Positions 1-7,041 of a stretch of 27,360 nt of DNA are shown here, piece by piece. This DNA comes from Anaeromyxobacteraceae bacterium (GTDB lineage: Bacteria; Myxococcota; Myxococcia; Myxococcales; Anaeromyxobacteraceae). A program made the translations under genes and the position numbers. Each line of letters opens with the position of its first letter. The stretch's first letter is position 1. The notes beneath the pieces are model-generated. The model saw nothing but the letters and a program-made list of their open reading frames with translations, ran no database searches and was not told the origin of the DNA. The stretch covers positions 1 through 27,360 of the forward strand of contig JAULAX010000004.1 in assembly GCA_032654565.1 (NCBI GenBank), written 5' to 3'.

Positions 1-126
1 GACCCGGATCGCGTTGAGCACCCGGACGTGAGGCAGGGCCCCCCTGGCGCAGAGCGCGTAGACCGTGGCGGTGCAGATCCCGAGCTGGCCCGCCACCTGC
101 CGCACAGACAGGAGCGGCAAGTTCAT
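1..126 (-). CDS. Excisionase-like (HTH_17/MerR-type) helix-turn-helix DNA-binding segment, runs off the left edge; start uncertain
   Basis: Manual translation of 126->1: MNLPLLSVRQVAGQLGICTATVYALCARGALPHVRVLNAIRV, matching the LLSVxxVAxxLGIxxxTVYxL..GxLPHVRV excisionase pattern. Alternative in-frame starts include GTG 150 and ATG 258; the frame is open up to a TGA at 475-477. Confidence 0.8.
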   Translation of the reverse strand, partial: MNLPLLSVRQVAGQLGICTATVYALCARGALPHVRVLNAIRV

Positions 127-293
127 CCGGGGCTGTTCACCATCCGTCACGTTCGTGTGTAACAAGGGTGCAACAAGGAAATTGCATTCACCTGCATTCG
201 GCGGCACAAACCAGCCCTGCCGTCTCGCGTCATCTGCCGTGATTGCAGGGATTTGCATGGGGCTGCACCCTGTTGACGATCCGTCCGGGCCCG

Positions 294-338
294 CTACGAA
301 TCCGAAGGCCACTGGTTCGAATCCAGTAGGGCCCGCCA
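294..338 (+). pseudogene. 3' half of tRNA-Arg(ACG), probable attachment-site duplication
   Basis: CTACGAA anticodon loop (ACG 296-298), TCCGA, variable loop AGGCC, T-arm ACTGG-TTCGAAT-CCAGT (311-327), acceptor 3' strand AGGGCCC, G, CCA (336-338). No D-arm and no partner strand for the anticodon stem upstream. Confidence 0.88.
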
Positions 339-342
339 GTAA

Positions 343-380
343 CGAGAGCCCCTTCAGCCACCCGGCTGGAGGGGCTTTCG
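343..380 (+). terminator. Stem-loop after the tRNA fragment, likely the native tRNA terminator
   Basis: AGCCCCTTCAGCC (347-359), loop ACCC, GGCTGGAGGGGCT (364-376), then TTC; one G-U pair in the core stem. Confidence 0.7.
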
Positions 381-497
381 CCTTCAAGGTCCTCGGTGAT
401 TCCGCTGCGGCCAGCGCTTTTGCGAACGGCCGGCCGGCTTCCCCGCTATCCTTCCCACTCCGGGTGCCGGACCATCACCGGACCGGGAGGGACTTCC

Positions 498-2015
498 ATG
501 CTCACGACCTCGCCCCGTGCCTCGCGCCTCGCCCCCGCCCCTGGCGTGCTCGCCGTCGCCCTCCTCGCCACGGCCGCGGCGTGCAAGCCCCACGACCAGC
601 CCCCGCCGCCCGCTTCCGCCCAGTACGCCGGGCGCTGCGTCACCCCGCGCCCCGGCATCGACCAGCCAGGCACCCTCGACGACGAGAAGGCCTGGCTGCG
701 CAGCTGGATCGACGAGCTCTACCTCTGGTACCGGGAGGTCCCTGCCGCCGACCCGGCGTCCTTCGCGACCCCGGAGCTCTACTTCGACGTGCTGAAGACC
801 CCGGCGCTGACCGCCTCGGGGCAACCCAAGGATCGCTTCCACTTCACCTACTCCACCGCGGCCTGGGAGGCGCTCTCCCAGTCCGGCATCGAGGCCGGGT
901 ACGGCGTGCAGTGGGTGCTCCTGGCCAGCAGGCCGCCGCGCCGGGTGGTGGCCGCCTACGTGGAGGCCGGGTCGCCCGCCGACCTGGCCGGCATCGCGCG
1001 GGGCACCGAGGTCCTCACCGTGGACGGCGTCGACGTCGTCGCCAGCACCGACATCGCCACCCTGAACGCCGGCCTCTTCCCCTCCGCGCCGGGCGCCACG
1101 CACCAGCTGGGGATCAAGGACCTGCTCGGCGCCACGCGGACGGTGTCGGTCACCTCGGCGGCGATCACCGGGACGCCGGTCCCGACCGTCCGGACCATCA
1201 CCACCACCTCCGGGCCGGTCGGCTACATCCTCTTCAACGACCACGTCCTCACCGCCGAGCCGCAGCTGGTCGCGGCCGTCCGGCAGCTCAAGACGGCTGG
1301 CGTGAACGACCTGGTGCTCGATCTTCGCTACAACGGCGGGGGCTACCTGGCCATCGCCGCCCAGGTCGCCTACATGATCGCCGGCCCGGCCCGCACCTCC
1401 AACAAGGTCTTCGAGCGGCTGATCTTCAACGACAAGGCCGGCGCCCTGGACCCGGTCACCGGGGGCACCAACCTCCCCTATGGCTTCGTCACCACCGGGC
1501 TGGGGTGGCCCGGGACCACGCCGGCCACCACCTCCCTGCCCTCCCTCGGCTCGAGCGGCCTCGGCACGGTCTACGTCCTGACCGGCTCCGGGACCTGCTC
1601 GGCCAGCGAGTCGATCATCAACAGCCTGCGCGGCGTCGGCGTCACGGTGATCCAGATCGGCGCCGCCACCTGCGGCAAGCCCTACGGCTTCTACCCGCAG
1701 GACAACTGCGGCACCACCTACTTCGCCATCGAGTTCCAGGGGGTGAACCACCAGGGGTTCGGCGACTACGGCGACGGCTTCGAGCCCGGCGGGGCGGGCG
1801 CCAACGGCCTCCCCGGCTGCGCCGTGGCCGACGACTTCGGCCATGCCCTCGGTGACCCCGCCGAGGGGCGGCTGGCGGTGGCGCTGGGCCACCGGGCCAC
1901 CGGGACCTGCACGCCGGCCGCCTCGGTGATGGCGCTGCGAGCCCAGCGCACCTTCCCGGCGGAGGGCGAGGTGGTCAAGTCGCCCTGGCAGCAGAACCGG
2001 ATCCTGACCCGCTGA
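498..2015 (+). CDS. S41 family (C-terminal processing-like) peptidase with PDZ domain, predicted lipoprotein, 505 aa
   Basis: GGAGG at 486-490 before ATG 498; signal ending LATAAAC; PDZ-like VAAYVEAGSPADLAGIARG; S41 motifs DLRYNGGG, TCSASE, TCGK. Confidence 0.9.
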   Translation: MLTTSPRASRLAPAPGVLAVALLATAAACKPHDQPPPPASAQYAGRCVTPRPGIDQPGTLDDEKAWLRSWIDELYLWYREVPAADPASFATPELYFDVLKTPALTASGQPKDRFHFTYSTAAWEALSQSGIEAGYGVQWVLLASRPPRRVVAAYVEAGSPADLAGIARGTEVLTVDGVDVVASTDIATLNAGLFPSAPGATHQLGIKDLLGATRTVSVTSAAITGTPVPTVRTITTTSGPVGYILFNDHVLTAEPQLVAAVRQLKTAGVNDLVLDLRYNGGGYLAIAAQVAYMIAGPARTSNKVFERLIFNDKAGALDPVTGGTNLPYGFVTTGLGWPGTTPATTSLPSLGSSGLGTVYVLTGSGTCSASESIINSLRGVGVTVIQIGAATCGKPYGFYPQDNCGTTYFAIEFQGVNHQGFGDYGDGFEPGGAGANGLPGCAVADDFGHALGDPAEGRLAVALGHRATGTCTPAASVMALRAQRTFPAEGEVVKSPWQQNRILTR

Positions 2016-2215
2016 GCCGGGCCGGTCCTCCGGTCCCGACCGAGAGTAATCAGTCGGAGACGCCCTGGAACCTCGAGTCAGACCATGGACTTGACGCAAC
2101 CGTCGCCACACCCGACTTGCCCATGACGCGGGGGTCGCGCGTCATGGATTCCGGCGAATTACCCTGGGAAGGGATGGGCGAGGGATGGGGCTCGACGACC
2201 GGCTAGGATGCCGGC

Positions 2216-2968
2216 GTGCCCACCCGCATCGTCGTCACGCTCACCGCCGCCGACCTGGAGCGCGAGCGGCCCAACCTCGAGCGCGGCTCGGTGGTCGGCG
2301 CCGCCATGGCCGGCCTGCAGCGCGGCGCCTTCTGCGACCTCGAGCTGGTCTTCCCTTCGGGCCAGCGAATGACGGTGCCGGCCCGCGCCGTCCTCACCTC
2401 GGACACCAGCACCGTCTTCGCCTTCGACGCCTTCGACCGCACCGCGCTCGGCCGCCACCTCGCCGATCCGACGCCAGCGCCCGCGCCTCCGCCAGGGCCC
2501 TCGGCCCCCACGCCCGAGCCCCCGGCCGCGCCGATCGCCGAGGAGGACGCCGACGACGAGCCCGGCCCGGCCAGCGTCCAGGAGCGGCTCCGCGGCCTCC
2601 CGGTCACCGAGCAGCTGCGCGTGGCGCGCGAGGGGACCATCACCGAGCGGATCGTCCTCGAGCGGCTCTACGGCAAGGTGGTCTGGGAGACGCTGCTCCG
2701 CAACACCCACGTCTCCGTCCCCGAGGTGGCCCGCCTCGCCAAGATGGGGACCATGCCCCGCCCGCTCCTCGAGCTCATCGTCGGCAACCCCGCCTGGCTC
2801 AAGGTCCCCCAGGTCCGCCGCGCCCTCCTCTCCAACCCCCGCCTCTCGCCGGACATGATCCACAAGGTGCTGGCGCTCCTCCCCCGCGACGAGCTGAAGC
2901 TGGTCCCGCAGATCACCGCCTACCCCGCCTCGGTGCGGATGGCGGCCAAGGACCTGGCGAAGCGGTAG
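2216..2968 (+). CDS. Hypothetical protein: possible degenerate PilZ-like N-terminus, Pro/acidic linker, helical-repeat C-terminus
   Basis: GC3-biased ORF; linker PTPAPAPPPGPSAPTPEPP...EEDADDE; C-terminal LLRNTHVSVPEVARLA...VRRALLSNPRLS resembles HEAT/LRV-like repeats. Confidence 0.75.
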   Translation: MPTRIVVTLTAADLERERPNLERGSVVGAAMAGLQRGAFCDLELVFPSGQRMTVPARAVLTSDTSTVFAFDAFDRTALGRHLADPTPAPAPPPGPSAPTPEPPAAPIAEEDADDEPGPASVQERLRGLPVTEQLRVAREGTITERIVLERLYGKVVWETLLRNTHVSVPEVARLAKMGTMPRPLLELIVGNPAWLKVPQVRRALLSNPRLSPDMIHKVLALLPRDELKLVPQITAYPASVRMAAKDLAKR

Positions 2969-3006
2969 CGCCGCCCCTGCTCAGGCCCGATCAGGCGCGC
3001 TCAGGC

Positions 3007-3492
3007 TCAGGCGAGGGCCCGCGCCGCCGGCTGGCCCTGGCGCACCCGCTCCAGCAGCTTCCGGTGATGCTGGTCCTGCCTGGCCATCGACTCGAAGAGC
3101 CGCGCCGCCCCGGGCCCGGCCCCCCGGGCCAGCTCCTCGGCGTGCACGAAGGAGCGCCGCTCCTCCATCCTCGCCAGCCGGTCGAGGATCCTCGGCAGGT
3201 CGCCGGGCTGCCGGCGGGTCTTCACCTCGACCAGGAAGACCTCGAACTCCAGGGCCGCCGCCTCGATGCCGGCCGTGGCCGCCTCGACGATCTGGTTCGC
3301 CCACGGTGAGCCGTGCAGCGAGGCGGCGAGGACCTGCAGCCGCCGCCCGTGCTCCTCCTCCTCCTCGGCCAGCCCCAGGAAGAGCACGCGGAGACCCGGC
3401 GGCGTCGAGCCGTGGTCGGCCAGCGCCAGGTAGAGGTGGCGCGCCAGGTCCTCGACCCGCTCCGCCAGCTTGAAGAACTCGTAGTTGGTCAC
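3007..3492 (-). CDS. Ferritin-like (rubrerythrin-type) four-helix-bundle protein, 161 aa
   Basis: AERVEDLARHLY...LFLGLAEEEEEHGRRL and a second half ARMEERR...LFESMARQDQHHRKLL; GTG start with a G-rich RBS. Confidence 0.8.
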   Translation of the reverse strand: MTNYEFFKLAERVEDLARHLYLALADHGSTPPGLRVLFLGLAEEEEEHGRRLQVLAASLHGSPWANQIVEAATAGIEAAALEFEVFLVEVKTRRQPGDLPRILDRLARMEERRSFVHAEELARGAGPGAARLFESMARQDQHHRKLLERVRQGQPAARALA

Positions 3493-3641
3493 CGGTCCCC
3501 CCCCCAGACCGTCCCAGCGAATGCACGTCGCGGGCCGCGCCTGGCGACGCCAGAGGCCGAGAAACGGCGAGGTGTTGGAGGGGGTGGGAGCGGTGCCCCG
3601 GGGGCCCCGGGGCCGGCCGCACCCGGGTATGGTCCCGCTCG

Positions 3642-4472
3642 ATGGCCCTCCACCCCTACCTCGCCCTCCCCGGCCCCTGGCTCATCGCCCACCGCGGCGG
3701 TGGCGGCCTGGCGCCGGAGAACACGCTCGCCGCCTTCGACCTCGCCGTCCGGCTGGGCGCCGACGCGCTGGAGATCGACGTGCGGCGCACCCGCGACGAC
3801 GAGGTGGTGATCTTCCACGACGATGAGACCACCCGCCTCACCGGTCGCCCCGGCACCATCGAGGCCCGCACCCTCGACGAGGTCGGCGCCCTCGACGCCG
3901 GCGCCTGCTTCACCAGCGACGGCGGCGCCACCTTCCCCTTCCGCGGCGCCGGTCTCGCGGTGCCGACGCTGGCCGGGCTGCTGGCCCGTCACCCGGCGCT
4001 GCGCCTCAACATCGACGCCAAGACCGACGACGAGCCGCTGGCCCGGTCACTGGCCCGGGTGCTCACCGCCGCCGGCGCCGAGCCGCGCGCCTGCGTCGGC
4101 TCCTTCCACGACCTCCAGGCCGAGCGGCTCGGGGCCCTGCTGCCCGGCTGCGCCCGCTACCTCCCGGAGCGGGCCGCCACCTGCCACGTCCTGGCGGCGA
4201 AGGCGGGCGCCAGCGGCGAGGGCTGCCCGGGCGGCTACCAGCTGGCCAGCCTCCCCCACCGGGTCGGCGACCTCACCGTGGTGGATCGGGCGGTGGTCGA
4301 CTACTTCCACGCCCGCGGCATGCCGGTGCACGCCTGGACCGTCGACGATCCGGCCGAGCAGCGGGTCCTGCTCGACCTCGGCGTCGACGGCATCGTCACC
4401 GATCGGCCCGACCTGCTCCGGCAGGTGCTGGGGCGCTCGTCTCCCGCCCCGGGCACGACGACGACCGCGTGA
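3642..4472 (+). CDS. Glycerophosphodiester phosphodiesterase (GDPD family), 276 aa
   Basis: IAHRGG, PENTLAAF, LEIDV, VVIFHD, WTVDD and GVDGIVTDRP motifs. Confidence 0.95.
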   Translation: MALHPYLALPGPWLIAHRGGGGLAPENTLAAFDLAVRLGADALEIDVRRTRDDEVVIFHDDETTRLTGRPGTIEARTLDEVGALDAGACFTSDGGATFPFRGAGLAVPTLAGLLARHPALRLNIDAKTDDEPLARSLARVLTAAGAEPRACVGSFHDLQAERLGALLPGCARYLPERAATCHVLAAKAGASGEGCPGGYQLASLPHRVGDLTVVDRAVVDYFHARGMPVHAWTVDDPAEQRVLLDLGVDGIVTDRPDLLRQVLGRSSPAPGTTTTA

Positions 4473-4506
4473 GCCGGTCCGCTCGCTGCCGCGGGCGGTC
4501 TCCGCC

Positions 4507-5193
4507 TCACTCGATCCCCACCGGCGTCCCGGCCGCGAAGGCCGCGGCCCGGGCCGGGTCGGCCAGGAAGAAGCCGGTCATCCCCGAGACGTCGCGGCGC
4601 CGGGCGTCGAGGCCGCGGCGCTCCAGCACCCCGGCCAGGGCGCCGAGGGCCTCGTCGTAGAGCACCTTCTGCAGCAGGTTCATGCGGACGAAGCCCGGCC
4701 CCTCCTCGCCGCCCCGCTCCTCGAGCGCCTGCCGGCACTCGTCGGCGTCGAGCGAGGTCAGGGCCCGGCAGGCCAGCGGCCGGACCGGGTGGATGGCGCA
4801 TCCGCCCCCGGCGTCGAGGAACGGGCAGCGGACCCGGGCGCGGATCCGCTCGCCGTCGTCCTGCCACCTCACCCCGTCGTGGAAGCCGAGCAGGGAGGCG
4901 GCCCGCTCCCCGACCTGCTCTGGCCGGAGCGTGCGCCGCAGGTAGGCCGCCGCCGCCGTCCCCTCGATGGCCAGCGTCCCGACGTTGACGGTGCAGCAGG
5001 TGGCGCAGCCGTGGGCGCAGGCCGGCGGGGGCTCGTCGGCGGGGCGGCCGGTGAAGAGCGCCGCCTGGACCCGCCCCTCCACGGCCGCCATCAGGTGGGC
5101 CATGGCCTGCTCGTCGCCCGGGCCGCGCTCCATCGCCTCCTCGGCGAGCTGGCCCACGTCGCGCCGGCATCGTGCGATCACCTCGTCGAGCAT
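4507..5193 (-). CDS. YkgJ family cysteine-cluster (CxxCxxCC) protein, 228 aa
   Basis: CAHGCATCC, CPFLD, CAIHPVRPLACR; ATG 5193 preceded by GGGGGA. Confidence 0.88.
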   Translation of the reverse strand: MLDEVIARCRRDVGQLAEEAMERGPGDEQAMAHLMAAVEGRVQAALFTGRPADEPPPACAHGCATCCTVNVGTLAIEGTAAAAYLRRTLRPEQVGERAASLLGFHDGVRWQDDGERIRARVRCPFLDAGGGCAIHPVRPLACRALTSLDADECRQALEERGGEEGPGFVRMNLLQKVLYDEALGALAGVLERRGLDARRRDVSGMTGFFLADPARAAAFAAGTPVGIE

Positions 5194-5299
5194 TGGTGTT
5201 CCCCCGTGCGGCGATGCTGGCAGGTCGGGGGGCGGCCGTCGCTGCGGCACCTCGGCGCACCTCGGCGCGGCCTGGCGCACCTGGCGGCCGGGCCGCCGC

Positions 5300-5992
5300 T
5301 CAGGTCTTCAGCGAGAAGGGGGTGAAGTCGGTGTCGCGGTCGTAGTAGTCCTCGTGCTCCTTGCGCTTGAGGAAGGCGACCACCCGGTAGGTGACGGGGG
5401 TGGCCAGCACCTCCCAGAGCACCTTGATGACGTAGTTGCCGGCCATCACCGTCAGCAGCAGCCGGGTGCTCCAGATGCCGACGAAGGCCAGCGGGTAGAA
5501 GATCAGCGTGTCGGCCGCCTCGCCGACGATGGTCGAGCCGATGGTCCGCACCCACAGGTAGCGCCCCTCGGTCAGCACCTTCAACTTGGCCAGCGTCACC
5601 GAGTTGGCGAACTCGCCGCAGGCGTAGCCGATCAGCGAGGCCAGGGCGGTGCGCCAGGTGGAGCCGAAGACCGTCTCGAGCGCCTCCTGCCCCTGCCACT
5701 GCGGCGAGGCCGGCAGGTGCACCACCACCGCGCTCATCAGCGAGGCGTAGGCCAGGGCGCCGAAGCCGGCCCAGACCACCTTGCGGGAGCGGGCGTAGCC
5801 GTACACCTCGGTGAGCACGTCGCCGAAGAGGTAGCTCAAGGGGAAGAAGACGTTCCCGGCCCCGAAGGTGAAGCCGGCGATGGTCACCGCCTTGCTCACC
5901 CCAACCAGGTTGGCGCAGAGGAGCACGCAAACGAAGGCGGCCATGAGAAGGTCGTAGTAGCGGTAGGTCCGGGCGGCGGGGGCAGGGGACAT
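5300..5992 (-). CDS. yhhQ: Queuosine precursor transporter (YhhQ/Vut_1 family), 230 aa
   Basis: Hydrophobic protein with FPLSYLFGDVLTEVYGY, RTALASLIGY, LWVRTIGSTIVGEAADTLIF and a C-terminal D..TDFTPF. Confidence 0.92.
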   Translation of the reverse strand: MSPAPAARTYRYYDLLMAAFVCVLLCANLVGVSKAVTIAGFTFGAGNVFFPLSYLFGDVLTEVYGYARSRKVVWAGFGALAYASLMSAVVVHLPASPQWQGQEALETVFGSTWRTALASLIGYACGEFANSVTLAKLKVLTEGRYLWVRTIGSTIVGEAADTLIFYPLAFVGIWSTRLLLTVMAGNYVIKVLWEVLATPVTYRVVAFLKRKEHEDYYDRDTDFTPFSLKT

Positions 5993-6064
5993 GATCACCA
6001 ACGGAAGCAGGTGTGCGGCGTGAAGAGGACTCTCAGCTGGCCGGCGGGCTCCGAGGAGCTCCCC

Positions 6065-7033
6065 ATGGTGGATGTCTACATACCGATGATGAAGGCGGCG
6101 GCCATCATATCTGCTGGCCAGCTGCGGCTCTTCGAGGCCCTGGCCGACGGCCCCCTCCCGGCCTCCCGGCTGGCCGAGGCCACCGGGGCCAGCGAGATCG
6201 GGATCACCCACCTGGCCGACTTCCTGGTGGCGGTCGGGTACCTGCACGAGGACGAGGCCGGCTACTCCAACAGCCGCCGCGCCGCCCGCTGGTTCACCGC
6301 CAGGGGGGACGTCGACTACACCGCCGGCCTGCTCTGGACCGCCGAGTCCTGGGGGCTGATGGCCCACCTGACCGCCGCGGTGCGCGCGGGGGCCCCGGAG
6401 AAGACCCTGTGGGCCTCGATGCAGGAGCGGCCGCACTGGGGCCCCATCTTCGGGAGCTACATGCAGGCCTTCGCGCGCCACCTCGGCCCCGACCTGCTCC
6501 GGCTGGTGACGCTGCCCGACGGGGCCCACCGGATGCTCGACCTCGGCGGCTCGCACGGCCTCCACTCGGTCGGCTTCTGCCGCGCCTACCCGGCGCTGGA
6601 GTCGGTGATCGTCGACTTCCCCAGCGCCCTCACCGAGACCGAGGCCATGCTGGCCCGGGAGGGGCTGGCGGCGCGCATCACCGTGAAGCCGGGCGACCTG
6701 CTCCACGGCGACTGGGGGACCGGCTACGACGTGGTGCTCTACCTCTCGGTGGCCCACAACCAGAGCGCCGACGACAACGCCCGGGTGCTGGCCCAGATCG
6801 GCGGGGTGCTGCACCCCGGCGGGCTGCTGGTGATCCACGAGTACCTGACCGGCGCCCCGCTCGACGTCTACGACGCCGCCTTCCGGCTCACCCTGCTCAC
6901 CGAGACCGCCACCCGCACCTACGGCTTCGAGGAGTTCGCCGGGTGGCTGGCGGCGGCCGGCTTCGCGCCGCCGACGCGCCTCGACCTCGAGCCCCGCGAG
7001 AAGGGGTCGCTGCTGCTGGCGCGCAAGCGCTGA
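6065..7033 (+). CDS. SAM-dependent O-methyltransferase (Methyltransf_2 type with dimerisation domain), 322 aa
   Basis: GAGGAG before ATG 6065 (in-frame GTG 6020 is an alternative); LFEALADGP...LAEATG winged helix; LDLGGSHG, GDLL, LHPGGLLVIHE. Confidence 0.9.
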   Translation: MVDVYIPMMKAAAIISAGQLRLFEALADGPLPASRLAEATGASEIGITHLADFLVAVGYLHEDEAGYSNSRRAARWFTARGDVDYTAGLLWTAESWGLMAHLTAAVRAGAPEKTLWASMQERPHWGPIFGSYMQAFARHLGPDLLRLVTLPDGAHRMLDLGGSHGLHSVGFCRAYPALESVIVDFPSALTETEAMLAREGLAARITVKPGDLLHGDWGTGYDVVLYLSVAHNQSADDNARVLAQIGGVLHPGGLLVIHEYLTGAPLDVYDAAFRLTLLTETATRTYGFEEFAGWLAAAGFAPPTRLDLEPREKGSLLLARKR

Positions 7034-7041
7034 GGACACAC

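Larger units (their letters stand above)
1..338. mobile_element. Right end of a tRNA-Arg-integrated element (prophage or genomic island) extending left of the window
   Basis: tRNA fragment truncated at the anticodon loop, adjacent excisionase-like HTH, and visibly lower GC at 127-290. The integrase itself is not in the window. Confidence 0.7.

Noticed and set aside
265..338. Intact functional tRNA-Arg gene
   Set aside because: No D-arm, and bases 289-293 cannot pair with TCCGA (301-305).
65..2111. Long ORFs 65..1855 (+) and 384..2111 (-)
   Set aside because: Shadow frames of the S41 gene: Arg/Pro/Gly-rich or antisense, no motifs, and the first crosses the tRNA fragment.
3497..3505. C9 tract upstream of the ferritin-like gene as a phase-variable switch
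   Set aside because: Non-coding, plausible by chance at this GC, and there is no evidence of length variation.
5993..6064. preQ1 riboswitch upstream of yhhQ
   Set aside because: The 72-bp region lacks the conserved loop and A-rich tail of class I preQ1 riboswitches, and I see no other preQ1 class signature. An Rfam scan would settle it.
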